NCBI GenBank assembly: GCA_963706285.1
Contig: CAVPLU010000012.1
Location: 96,001 to 160,000 of the forward strand
Origin: Candidatus Bathyarchaeota archaeon
GTDB taxonomy: Archaea > Thermoproteota > Bathyarchaeia > 40CM-2-53-6
Reading direction: 5' to 3'
Length of the DNA stretch: 64,000 nt
Shown: in pieces, positions 30,182-40,556 of the stretch
Numbering within the stretch: the stretch's first letter is position 1
Layout: every line of letters begins with the position of its first letter
Notes under the pieces: model-generated
Database searches by the model: none
What the model was told of the DNA's origin: nothing
The model's input: the letters and a program-made list of their open reading frames with translations, nothing else
Made by a program: the position numbers and the translations under genes

Positions 30182-30927
30182 TTGCGTTCTTGCTCTTCGC
30201 TGCTCGCCCGATTCTGAGACTTGGCAAAGTCGCCTGTACTGCCTTGACTATGGGCGGGGTAAGCACCAGTAGGAACGGGATCTCAGACAAGTAGGTCCAG
30301 AGCGTGGTTCCGTATGCGAAGACGATCGGCAGAGGGCTAGAACCCAGACCCAGAACTTGAGGCATCACAAACAAAGAGCTGTACGCGACTAACCCGAATC
30401 CGATTATGAGGCTTCCTAACGCGAGCCCGATTGACGAAGCCGCTTGCACATCCGCCCAAGACGAGCGCGCCAGATAAGGCACGGCGACCAGCGCGACCAC
30501 AAGGGCACTGATTCCCGGCGAGAATTGACAATGTTGACCCCGAAAGACGCGTACACGCCGTACGCCGCTATGATGATCGGAGCCGCAATGCCTGCAATGA
30601 TATTTCCGTATCTTGCTGCACCTTTCAGCGACCTTTGGAGAGAAATCCTAGAACACTGAATGCGACAAAGTTCGATGGCACACCGACGAGAAGACTGAGG
30701 AGCGCGTCGTGATGACCGTAGACTACGTCGGCGATGAAGATTCCAACTGCTGCACCTACGCCGCCGACCCATGGCCCAAAGAGAACCGCGAACGCGCCAG
30801 GAACAAAGACTTGGGGCCAGAATCTAACCCCGAAGAGAGTCGGAAGCGAGGCTGACAGTACACCCAAAGCGGCGTATAGCGCCGCGTTGAGGGAGGCCGT
30901 GGCTACCTGTAGTGCGGTCTCTCTCAT
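30174..30927 (-). CDS. ECF transporter S component-like membrane protein (frameshifted)
   Basis: NAALYA, VRFWP.V.VP..FAVLFGPWVGGVGAAVGIFIAD; three ORFs join. Confidence 0.75.
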
Positions 30928-31303
30928 CTCAAATCGTCAGAGGCACGAGGCGCATATGCCTTAACACTTCCCTAGAGACACTGGGCATGTCTCCAAAGTG
31001 TATATAGAATGGATTTCAGCATTTCCACTGGAAATCGACGAGCGCTAGGACCACCGCGCCGCATCCTTTCTGTCTGAACTTCGATGAGCTCCAAGCGCGT
31101 TTTGATTACTTTTGATGGTGAGTTGCTGCATCTTCGCGACATCTGGAGCTTCCATGATAACAATTCCGAATTCTGCGAATCCACAGTGACCAGAGAGTGG
31201 ACACTCGCTTTTTCGCGCCCAGTCGCAAGTCATCAACACTGCGGATCAAGAAGATCCGGATGTGAAGGTTTTTACGGGCACAAGCGCTCTCAACTGTTTG
31301 CGT

Positions 31304-31468
31304 AGCCCGGTGGTGTAGCGGTCAAACAGCCTAATGGACTAGGCATAGCAATGGCGCCAGACCAATGAGGCCACTAGATGGCTCTGGATCCCGCACTAGG
31401 AGAAGAAACCTGCCGACGGGAGTTCGAATGGTTCGTTAGAGAACCCGAACATCTCCCCCGGGCTACCA
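31304..31468 (+). tRNA. tRNA-Gln(CUG) with four introns (31326-31342, 31351-31379, 31388-31407, 31429-31451)
   Basis: Exons join to AGCCCGG TG GTGT AGCGGTCAA GCAT A GCAGG CTCTGGA CCTGC CGAC GGGAG TTCGAAT CTCCC CCGGGCT ACCA (76 nt; A1-U72 as in archaeal tRNA-Gln; encoded CCA). BHB/BHL-like motifs at the junctions; TATA-like TTTTTA about 30 nt upstream. Confidence 0.92.
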
Positions 31469-31769
31469 TCAACCACCGCCATTAGATTAGAGGTGGTTTC
31501 TCATCAGGGCAATCAACGCCATGACCCACGCCTTTCCGGCGTTGATGAGAACTCTCAAAGCGGCCCCTCTTTCCCGGAAAGCGGCCCCTCTTTGGAGGAT
31601 GTGATCAAGCACCATGCTAGCGGTCCACCACCTAGACGGCAACAAGTGCAATCTTCTACCCGTGGAATCTGGCTCAACTGAGGACTCTCCTGCTGTGACG
31701 AGCCTGGCGTGACTCAAATCCATGCATCTGAACCCAAAGACATCATTATGCTTCCAAGAAACCGATTAG

Positions 31770-34199
31770 CTACGCACTAGCCCGTTGACGCTTCTTCTTC
31801 ATCACAAGTGAGAGGCCCGCAACACCCAATATCACTGCCACAATTGTCGCAACAACCATCGGCATTTGCAGCAGGTCTAGGGACCATGGACCACCGTTCG
31901 ATGTCGTTCCTGTCTCTGTCTGAGTTTGATACTGACTTCTCACAAAATAGTAGATGCCGTCCGATCCTAGTGCGGCTACGATGCAGCATGCATTCCCTGA
32001 GATCGCGACGTGGCCACCACCCGTAACATCCGCTTGTCCCGGGTAAGTGTAGTTCCCCAACAAGTGACCGTCGTCGCTCAGAATTTGAAGCGTTCGAAAT
32101 GTACCAGAATCAGAATAGGGGCTTGAAATAATCACGACGGAGACGTCTCCTCTGTCCGACATGGATACTGATACAACTGATCCGTTCACGTCCGTCTCCC
32201 AGTACGGTCCGGTCGCATTTCCAAGGAGCAACGCTCCTTCGGGGCTACCGGCAAGGAATCTTTCGCCACTCTCAGAAATCGTGACCATAGGTTTGTTCAC
32301 GGACCTGCTCCATAGGATTCTCCCTTCGTGATCAAATGCATCAAGCTGGGAATCGCTCCCAGCCAGAACGTATCGGCCATCTTTGGATACAGCAACGTTC
32401 CAGACACATCTTGGAGCGACATATTTCCAAATCTGCTTTCCTTCTCTGTCGTACAGAACTACTCCATTTCTTCCACCGCAGACTGATCCGAAGCGGACGG
32501 ACTGTTCTCTCATAGCGGCGGCCACGTACAATCCGTCAGCGGAGACTGCCACGTTACTGTGCACGTGAAGGAATTCATAGTATCCCACGAGTTCAGTTGC
32601 ATTCGTGATCTGTTTCCACAACTGGCGGCCTTGCGAGTCGAATGCAGAAATGAAGGTATAGTTGCCCCAGACGACACCTGATACCGCCACCAGACTACCG
32701 TCATCAGACATTGATAATGAACTTGCGACTGATTTCGCGTCCAACGCCGTGGTCCTAATCTGGCGTCCGGTGCTTACGTCATACCAGGCTAGGACAGTCT
32801 GCTCTTGGTTCCCTGTTTCGGTCGAGTTGACTGTCACTAGAATTTGGCCGTTCGACGAAATTGCCGAGATACTTGTGGATCCGTAGATTCCGATTGGGCT
32901 TATTGTTCCAGTCATCATTATCGTTCCATTGTCATTGATGACAGCAGTGCCCAGTGATTCTCCTGATGAGTATCCGATGGCTATTCTTTTCCCGTCCTGT
33001 GAAGTCTGAATGTTGAACGGGAGGGAGGACCCGATCTCGGTGTGCATCCATAGGATATTTGCCCCTGCATCTAGCACGTACATCACGTTCTCGCCTCCAA
33101 CCGCGGCCATTATTCCCGGCCCTCCTATTGCGACCGATCGCACTACCGAACGCAGATTTCTCCTTGACAATACGTTGCCAGATCGGTCCAGAACGTGGAT
33201 AGTGCCATTCAAATCGCCTACAACGAATCTGGAGCCATCGTTGGCTACGGCGAAGGCTTCCACGCTATAGGGCACCTGAGAATCCCACAGTTTCTTGCCG
33301 TTCACATCGAACAATATGACATGAGCGTCGTTGAAGAGTCCGCCTGCTACAGCGACGTATTCTCCTGAATCAGACACCCAGAGGTGCGGATACGACTCAG
33401 CGTATTCGAAAAGGCGGGGTAGTGGTGCAGACCATAACGGATTGCCGTTCTGATCGAAAAGATAGACCCCTCTTGGGCCCGCGGCAGCAATCACCAGTCC
33501 ATTCGACGACATAGCCACGTAGACAACAGCATCGTGAACGGTTGCATTCCATTTCTTTCCGGAATCAAGATTGGCAAAGTAGAGGAAGTGATCTCTGTCT
33601 GTCCTGCTCCATGTTCCAACCGCAACGTACCGTCCGTCCTTGGAGATGACCGGTGCGCTTGCAAGATCTGATTCGCTTCCGAATCTCTGATCTAGAAGAA
33701 TGGCTCCACTTCTGTCCTTCACGACAAGCCGTTTTTGCCACCCGTTCGAAAGGCGATTGGCGCCCACTATCGCTGCCCTTACGCTATCCGTGGAAAGTGC
33801 AGAGTGATCGATCTTATCTAGGGTGTAGTTCCATTGCCTTTGCAGTGTGTCCGTGTCAATCAAAGACACTCCCTGTGCTCCCACCACGGTAGGGTATTCG
33901 GTTCCCAGAAGTGCTGATTTGCCATCAGAGGAGAACTGCGCGAAAACAGCATTACGATCGGGCAGATGCCAGATCAATCTCCCCTTGGAGTCATAGAGGT
34001 AGTAACCATCAAAAAGAACTGGGAGTAGGATCTTCTGGCCGTCTGGTGAAACAGCTGCCAACTGAAGATCTCCCACGGGGAGTTTCCAAGCCAGTTTGTA
34101 GTCATCGGAGACTTCGTTAGAAGCCACTGATAGTTGACTGCTTGATGCACAAGATACTAGGATCAGCGTCATTAGCAGCAGAGATGACAAAGATTTCAT
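31770..34199 (-). CDS. Secreted WD40/PQQ-like beta-propeller surface protein with C-terminal TM anchor
   Basis: Signal peptide; many repeats of the form (A/I)SxDGxYVA...V.LFD..G..LW; Thr-rich linker, TM, KKKR tail. Confidence 0.88.
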   Translation of the reverse strand: MKSLSSLLLMTLILVSCASSSQLSVASNEVSDDYKLAWKLPVGDLQLAAVSPDGQKILLPVLFDGYYLYDSKGRLIWHLPDRNAVFAQFSSDGKSALLGTEYPTVVGAQGVSLIDTDTLQRQWNYTLDKIDHSALSTDSVRAAIVGANRLSNGWQKRLVVKDRSGAILLDQRFGSESDLASAPVISKDGRYVAVGTWSRTDRDHFLYFANLDSGKKWNATVHDAVVYVAMSSNGLVIAAAGPRGVYLFDQNGNPLWSAPLPRLFEYAESYPHLWVSDSGEYVAVAGGLFNDAHVILFDVNGKKLWDSQVPYSVEAFAVANDGSRFVVGDLNGTIHVLDRSGNVLSRRNLRSVVRSVAIGGPGIMAAVGGENVMYVLDAGANILWMHTEIGSSLPFNIQTSQDGKRIAIGYSSGESLGTAVINDNGTIMMTGTISPIGIYGSTSISAISSNGQILVTVNSTETGNQEQTVLAWYDVSTGRQIRTTALDAKSVASSLSMSDDGSLVAVSGVVWGNYTFISAFDSQGRQLWKQITNATELVGYYEFLHVHSNVAVSADGLYVAAAMREQSVRFGSVCGGRNGVVLYDREGKQIWKYVAPRCVWNVAVSKDGRYVLAGSDSQLDAFDHEGRILWSRSVNKPMVTISESGERFLAGSPEGALLLGNATGPYWETDVNGSVVSVSMSDRGDVSVVIISSPYSDSGTFRTLQILSDDGHLLGNYTYPGQADVTGGGHVAISGNACCIVAALGSDGIYYFVRSQYQTQTETGTTSNGGPWSLDLLQMPMVVATIVAVILGVAGLSLVMKKKRQRASA

Positions 34200-34290
34200 T
34201 TGGACTCCACCTCACACGACCAGAATTCAATCTGCCCAAAACGGAGAGCGGAAGAATAGTGTCTGCGCTCGCACAACACGATTCCTGCGA

Positions 34291-36070
34291 CTAGAAGTGT
34301 GTCAGGCGGTACTCAAGCGCATCCATTTCAGTGAGGATCTCGCGTGGTAGTCGGTCGCCGAATTGTTCAAAGAATTTGCGCTGGTCAGTGATGTCTTCAA
34401 GCCAGGCGGATCTATCTACTTCAAGGAGCGCCTCCATGTCGTGGTCCGATATTTCAAGTCCCGTCAAATCGAGGCTTGACTTGTGGGGCAGGTAACCTAA
34501 TGGAGTGGTGACCGCTTCTGCTTCGCCTCTACTCCGTGCGAGGATCCACTCGATGATCCTTAGATTCTCTCCGTAGCCTGGCCAGAGGTAACGTCCGTTG
34601 GCGTCCTGCCTGAACCAGTTCACGTGAAATATCTTGGGTGGCTCAAGCATTCGGGCGCCCATCCTAAGCCAGTGCACGAAGTAGTCAGCCATATTGTACC
34701 CGCAGAATGGCAACATCGCCATTGGGTCACGCCGCAACTGGCCCTGCTTGCCGTACTGAGCAGCAGTCAGCTCCGATGCTGCCGTCGCTCCGACATAGAC
34801 GCCGTGCTGCCAACTGAATGCCTGATAGACCAATGGAGCCAAGTGAGCGCGTCGGCCTCCAAAGACGATCGCCGAGATCGGCACGCCGTGGTGCTGCTCA
34901 AGCCGGAAGGAGACAGATGGCACTTGAGAAAGAGGCGCAGTAAAGCGGCTGTTAGGGTGCGCCCCCAAGACGGGGTTACCGTTCTCGTCTTTCATTCTGA
35001 GAGTTCCAAGGGCGACCACGCCAATCGAGACCTTCGCTGGGAGGCGGATCGTCTCCGCCCTCCCACCACACTCCTCCATCCGATGTCAAGATCACGTTTG
35101 TGTAGATGGTGTTCTTTCTGATCGCGGTCATGGCGTTAGGATTCGTCTTGGTATTGGTTCCGGGCGCGACGCCGAACAGACCTATCTCCGGGTTTACTCC
35201 CCAAAGGCGCCCGTCGGTGTCAATTCTCATCCACGCGATATCGTCTCCGACGGTCCATATTCGATACCCTTTCTGTTGCAACCCTTTCGGGGGAACCAGC
35301 ATTGCCAAATTCGTCTTTCCACACGCGCTTGGAAACGCAGCCGCTAGATACTCGATGCGGCCGTTCGGCTCTTCGACGCCCATGATCAGCATGTGTTCTG
35401 CAAGCCAGCCTTCCTGACGGGCTGTGTAGCTTGCCATGCGTAGCGCGAGGCATTTCTTCCCGAGAAGCACGTTCCCTCCGTATCCGGATCCGACGCTCCA
35501 GACAGTGTTGTCTTCGGGAAAGTGCAGTATTAGTCGCTTGTTGATGTCCAGCTCAGCCTTGCTGTGGAGGCACTTTGTGTACTCCCGGTTGCTGTCCAGA
35601 TAGTCCAGCACCTTGCTTCCCATTCGAGTCATGATGTGCATGTTTTCGACGACGTATATGCTGTCGGTGAGCTCAACTCCAGTCTTGCCGAAGGTTGACC
35701 CGACCGGACCCATTGAGAACGGGATCACGTACATGGTGCGGCCCTTCATCGAGCCCGCGAAAATCTCACGTCCTCGCCGGTATCCTTCCTCTGGCGACAT
35801 CCAGTTGTTGTTCGGTCCGGCTTCATCCTTCTTGCTCGTGCAAATGAAGGTCAGCTGTTCCGTTCGAGCTACATCATTCTCGGCGGTCCTATGCATGACG
35901 CAGCCGGGCAGCTTCGACTGATTCAGCAGGATCAGTTCGCCGGTCGAGATCGCCTCTGCGCGTAGCCGTTCCCTCTCAGAGTCAGAACCATCACACCAGT
36001 AAATCCGCTCAGGCTGACAAATATCCGCCATATCACGCACCCAAGCGTGGAGCTCCTTGTGGTATCCCAT
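34291..36070 (-). CDS. pckG: GTP-dependent phosphoenolpyruvate carboxykinase (frameshift near 35000)
   Basis: DVARTE..TFIC, GSGYGGNVLLGKKC, FPSACGKTNLAM, GDDIAW, HPNSRF, FHVNWF. Confidence 0.96.
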
Positions 36071-36358
36071 CTTGTCTTCTTCCTCTGTTTGACCGACCGG
36101 CTTGCGTTCCGGCGTAGTGATCGCTAGGCTCCGTCGTATGAGGTTTGTTCTTGTTCTCGGAAGGCCCTTCATCGCGAAAGGCACCTTCAAAGAAAGCTGA
36201 TTGCAGAGATCCACTAGGCGAATCCTGCATACGCGCAACGCCAGATCTGACGAATCGGATTTCCTGTTAGGTTGTCCTGACGGCTTGTCTCGTTGTTCCA
36301 CCCATCGCCTTTCTATATATCATCGGGGGACCAGTTGGGGAGAAGAGTGGTTCCACGC

Positions 36359-38458
36359 ATGGATTTGGGTGAATATCCGAAATACGCCATCGTCACACTT
36401 GCTGGTCTTCTCCTTTTCTTCTTGGGCGCTTCTCTGCCCTTCCAGCCTAACACGGTGGCTCTTGTTTCGCTCTTCGCAATGGTCTTGTTGACCGTTGCCA
36501 TGAGTTATGGGAATAGAAGTCCGTCGGGCGGCTTCTTCCTGGGAGTATTTGCTTCGATCACTTTCCTGCTTGGCTTCTTCGTCATGACTTGTGTTTGGGA
36601 ATTGTACCAGCCTTTCTCCGTCACTCCGTCTCCATTGCAGCCTGGAGAACACCCCTACATAATTGGTCCAGTTGGATTCTCGGAGGGGAGCCTAGACCTC
36701 CTAACGCGGATACTGTCTTCTTACGGCACACAGATGCTCTCCGCGGTTTTCGCCTTTGCCTCAATCGGTCTCTTCTTCGGAACATTCGGGTACGTATCCA
36801 GTCACATATCCCTGCATGCCTCGACAACGCAACCTCGCATATTCAGAGATTACTGGTCAAGTGTTCTCCAATTGGGAAAAAGCGAGAAAAGAGAGTTCGA
36901 CTCATTCGACAGAAAGCTCAGCACCTGGAGCTTCAGAAAAAGGGAATGGTGGAAGAGGATTCTTGAGAGGATAACAGAACCGCAGGCTGATCTCATATTT
37001 GTCCCGCAGAAGAAAAAAACACCCGAGTTCGGCAAAGGAGATCTGTTCGACTTGTCGTCTGGCCGAATGATCGGTGATGGCCTCGCAGACCCGTCTGATC
37101 TGGCATCTAGATTCAGGCCCTCTGTCCTCAAAATTGCAGAACTGTCGTCTGATCCGAAGGGCGTTAGAAGGGTTGCATTGGAGAATCTGTTAGCCAAGTT
37201 TCTGAAACGAGTTATGTTCTCTCGTGGAATCTGGGTTATCTATCTCCTGCTCTCCGCCGTTTTGATCTATGCAGTCAATTCTGCCTGGGCTTCCAAGTTG
37301 GCTGCGCAAGCCACACAACTTGCAGGATCATTTCGTTTAATCTCCGATGGGGGAGGCCGTGGCTCCTTCTATGATCTGATAGCGCTTAGCAATGGAACGA
37401 GCGCACAGGTCACAGTATATCCCGCAGCTGTGGCGTCGGCCCTTGTAGCGTCTGCGATGACGCTTTTCTTTGTGTGGCGCTGGCGCAAGGCTTCAAGGGA
37501 GCTCTTTGTCAGGCGCCCAGACGAGAGAGTTCTGATTTTCTTTGTGTACATAATCCTCACGCTTCTCTACGGCTTCTACTATGAAGTTATGGTGAATCCT
37601 CCTGCGATTCCCGAGAATTGGATTGGATCTTGGTTTGTGTGGACTCGGTGGCTTGTGGCTCTGACTGTTCTGTTAGGGGTGGGGTACATTTGCATACATC
37701 GCGAATGCGAGGTTGTGAACATGTACTTCTATGATAACCGACCATCCACGCCGAGCCTCTCCAAAGTGGCACCCTTCAAAGAATCTGATGAGGAGCCCTT
37801 CTGGCTGAAAGAAGAAGGGGTCAAAGCGTACTGGGTTCTCCGGTTCATGTACTTCTGGCGATATGAACTCACAACCGTGCCACACTCCGACTGGGAGCGT
37901 GTCGAGGTTTGGATTGATGCGGAGAACGGAGCAGTAAGATGGGTAGTAAGCGACTACCATTACAGAGAACTCTGGTACAAAGTGGAAGGTAATCTACCCT
38001 TGGTCTACGTGCGGTTCTTCATGAACTTCCACACGCCGATCCCGATCGTAGACTCTGACGAGGCCGGACTCCTCTCTGGAATATTCGGCCAAGAGGCTGG
38101 GAGACTGGTAAGGATAGCTACAAGTGGGAAAGCATCGGAGGTCGTCGAACAGTTGCGCTCTTTTGAGGCCTCCGATGAGGCAAAGCAAGATGTGCACCCG
38201 GCAGGTTGGATTCAGAGTTACGGATTGCCGCGCATGGCAGCCGAGTTTTGCAGCAAATTAGACTGGACCTACTGGCGGTATCCACACGGCCTCGACAAGC
38301 CAGAAAGATACGTCGAAAGCCCGGCTGCTACGGTCGAGGATCAGCCAAAGATCCGTGTTGGACCTCGCGGACCGGCCCAACGTTTCTGTGTTCAGTGCGG
38401 TGGTGCACTGGCCTCAGGCGCCGGATTCTGCACAAACTGCGGAAAGAAGACTGCCTAG
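36359..38458 (+). CDS. Polytopic membrane protein with an HxDWE-motif domain and C-terminal zinc ribbon
   Basis: About 8 TM segments; FMYFWRYE...PHSDWERVEVW; FCVQCG...FCTNCG. Confidence 0.8.
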   Translation: MDLGEYPKYAIVTLAGLLLFFLGASLPFQPNTVALVSLFAMVLLTVAMSYGNRSPSGGFFLGVFASITFLLGFFVMTCVWELYQPFSVTPSPLQPGEHPYIIGPVGFSEGSLDLLTRILSSYGTQMLSAVFAFASIGLFFGTFGYVSSHISLHASTTQPRIFRDYWSSVLQLGKSEKREFDSFDRKLSTWSFRKREWWKRILERITEPQADLIFVPQKKKTPEFGKGDLFDLSSGRMIGDGLADPSDLASRFRPSVLKIAELSSDPKGVRRVALENLLAKFLKRVMFSRGIWVIYLLLSAVLIYAVNSAWASKLAAQATQLAGSFRLISDGGGRGSFYDLIALSNGTSAQVTVYPAAVASALVASAMTLFFVWRWRKASRELFVRRPDERVLIFFVYIILTLLYGFYYEVMVNPPAIPENWIGSWFVWTRWLVALTVLLGVGYICIHRECEVVNMYFYDNRPSTPSLSKVAPFKESDEEPFWLKEEGVKAYWVLRFMYFWRYELTTVPHSDWERVEVWIDAENGAVRWVVSDYHYRELWYKVEGNLPLVYVRFFMNFHTPIPIVDSDEAGLLSGIFGQEAGRLVRIATSGKASEVVEQLRSFEASDEAKQDVHPAGWIQSYGLPRMAAEFCSKLDWTYWRYPHGLDKPERYVESPAATVEDQPKIRVGPRGPAQRFCVQCGGALASGAGFCTNCGKKTA

Positions 38459-38480
38459 AACGGGCTCCTGAATCTTACCG

Positions 38481-38921
38481 TCAGCTAAGAAATGTCAATA
38501 TGGAGATTGCAGACCAGGCTAGTAGAAAGATAATCGGCAAGAACTGAGTAAGGTATGATGGGCTTGAAAACGGTTCTCGCGATGCGTGACTTTCAACTTG
38601 GGAATAGCATCGAAACGGATCCAGCTCCTCGTCAAGCCTTATGACCTGTTCCCTCCACAACTGAATCCACTTGATCGAGCTTCGCAGTACCAGCAACCAA
38701 AAGACGGCCGTGAATGCACCCAGTATGGGAATGACTCTCAGGACAGCAATGCCTCCCTTCAAACTGGGAAACGATACGGCAAAGGCTGAAAGAAGACCGG
38801 CATGAGCCAACAGGAAAAAGTTGGCTCTAATCCAGTACTGCGCTGTATCTTGCTTCAGATGGTCGGTCACAACTTTGAAGATCTCAATGTCACGCTTGAG
38901 GTTCTTCCGCCGCGTTGGCAT
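38481..38921 (-). CDS. Small 3-TM protein, RipA-like octameric membrane protein pattern
   Basis: YWIRANFFLLAHAGLL...W...S.KW..LW...VIRLDEEL. Confidence 0.55.
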   Translation of the reverse strand: MPTRRKNLKRDIEIFKVVTDHLKQDTAQYWIRANFFLLAHAGLLSAFAVSFPSLKGGIAVLRVIPILGAFTAVFWLLVLRSSIKWIQLWREQVIRLDEELDPFRCYSQVESHASREPFSSPSYLTQFLPIIFLLAWSAISILTFLS

Positions 38922-39237
38922 GATTTGTCCCAGTTTCTGCAGATGCTCATAAGCAATTGAGCTTTGTGCAACCCTACGGATTCGCAATCCAGACTTCCCT
39001 GGAGAGAGCCATATCTATCCGAATGTTCTGGGAGCAACCACATCACCTGCGGAAACATGGCACAATTGAAGCGGTCCAAACAATCCCAAAACGTGGAGAA
39101 TTCTGACGACCGCGGATTGGGAGCAGCTGCTTAGAAGAAAAATAGAATCTCATCAACTGCGCGGGTAGGGTGGCACTCGCAGAACCAGCTTAAACGTCAC
39201 TCAAGGCTCCAAGGCTAGTAATGCGGCGCCAAGAGCT

Positions 39238-39717
39238 CCGGTGAGTTGTGGATTGTCGGGCAACCAGAGCTCGGTGCCAAGCTGCTTAGACAAGTAGTAT
39301 CTGAAGGCGGGATTCAAGGCCACGCCTCCAGCACATGGACGATGAGGGCTTTTTCATGTTGATCTCAGACGAGAACATATGATGAACTAGGCGGTCTGTA
39401 AAGCGTGGTCCGCGCGTCAATCGAGGCTGACTTCATGAACCTCGCGAAAGTGAGAAATGGTCGCCGCACTCATTGTCGTTCCGCGAGCCAGGCCGAACCT
39501 AGCTACACTGAATTCGTCAAGGCCATCATCAATCAACAGACGGACCGGGTCAAGGTGCAACTCCTGAGGAGTTCATTAAGTTGGCGAGGGGAATGATGGT
39601 GGGATACAAGAGACCAAAGGAAGTCGAATTTAGAGATTCGTTACCAATAGCACAGGTCGGAAAGTACTGCATCGAGTGCTCAGAGAAGAGGAACTCAAGA
39701 AAAGGACAGCCAAGTGA
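39238..39717 (+). pseudogene. Decayed C-terminal remnant of a long-chain acyl-CoA synthetase
   Basis: Fragments GELWIVG, MDDEGFF, VKAII, GYKRPKEVEFRDSLP...GK and VLHRVLREEELKK, with internal stops and no N-terminal portion. Confidence 0.7.
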
Positions 39718-40001
39718 TAGCACAAAAGAGAACGACCTGCTGAATATTCCCAGCCATCGTCGCCTGTGTGCTCGCTTAGGTGGTCGTCTCCTCTCTAGTA
39801 GAGATAGGTCACAAACGAAATTCTGATTCGTCTACAGAAATCAGCGCCAGATTATTCACGGAAATCCAGATCGTTCTGGAAGGCGTTTCGGTTTACGAAT
39901 AGAATCCATCGCTCGTCACGGGCTGGAGTCTTACTCGTAATTCAATTCATATATCAGCGATGACTAAAGGGCTTCAACTGACTCTACCAAGGTGTAATGT
40001 C

Positions 40002-40536
40002 GTGTTCGCGGATTTTGCGCTGTCGTTGCCGCCTCTCTGGTTTGATCCAGCCGTGTTCCTGATTAACCTGGCTTGGGTTCTCATACGCAGCTCCATCACG
40101 TTCATAATGTGTTTCTTTCTTGGGCTGGCGGGACTCAAGATTCTCGATAGGCTTACTCCTGGCATTACGGAAATGCACAACATCAAACGCACACCTTTGT
40201 CGATGGCTGCTTTTCGCACTAGGGATGTTCATATTTCTCTCGCTAACATTCGTCGGCTCCGTCACCGCGCCACTCCCTATCGGAGTCTCATCAGGTCTTG
40301 GTGCAACCGTCGGGCCCTTTCTTGTTCTGGGTTATAGACTCGTTGCGCTACTTGCAGGCTTCATGATCGCAATGGTCTTCGCAGGCATCTTCTACAGGAT
40401 GCTTTCCAAAGCGGGACCATTTGGAGTAGATCTCGATGATGTGAACAAGGACCCAGTGGCCACAGGCATCTACGTTGTGGGGTATCTGATATTCTTGGGC
40501 GCGATTCTGTACGCCGCTTTGCTCATACCTGTCTAG
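40002..40536 (+). CDS. DUF350-like membrane protein (frameshifted)
   Basis: ILDRLTPGI.EM and VDLDDVNKDPVATGIY repeats, TM-rich. Confidence 0.65.
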
Positions 40537-40556
40537 GACATGAAGAGCCGACATCG

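Noticed and set aside
31380-31420. Alternative tRNA parse using TCCCG as the 3' anticodon stem with a variable-loop intron
   Set aside because: No matching 5' strand exists, whereas GCAGG/CCTGC pairs perfectly with a canonical 37/38 intron.
39379-39430. ATGATGA...CTGA spaced like a C/D box sRNA
   Set aside because: Internal C'/D' boxes are poor, and it lies inside the acyl-CoA synthetase relic, so it is likely chance.
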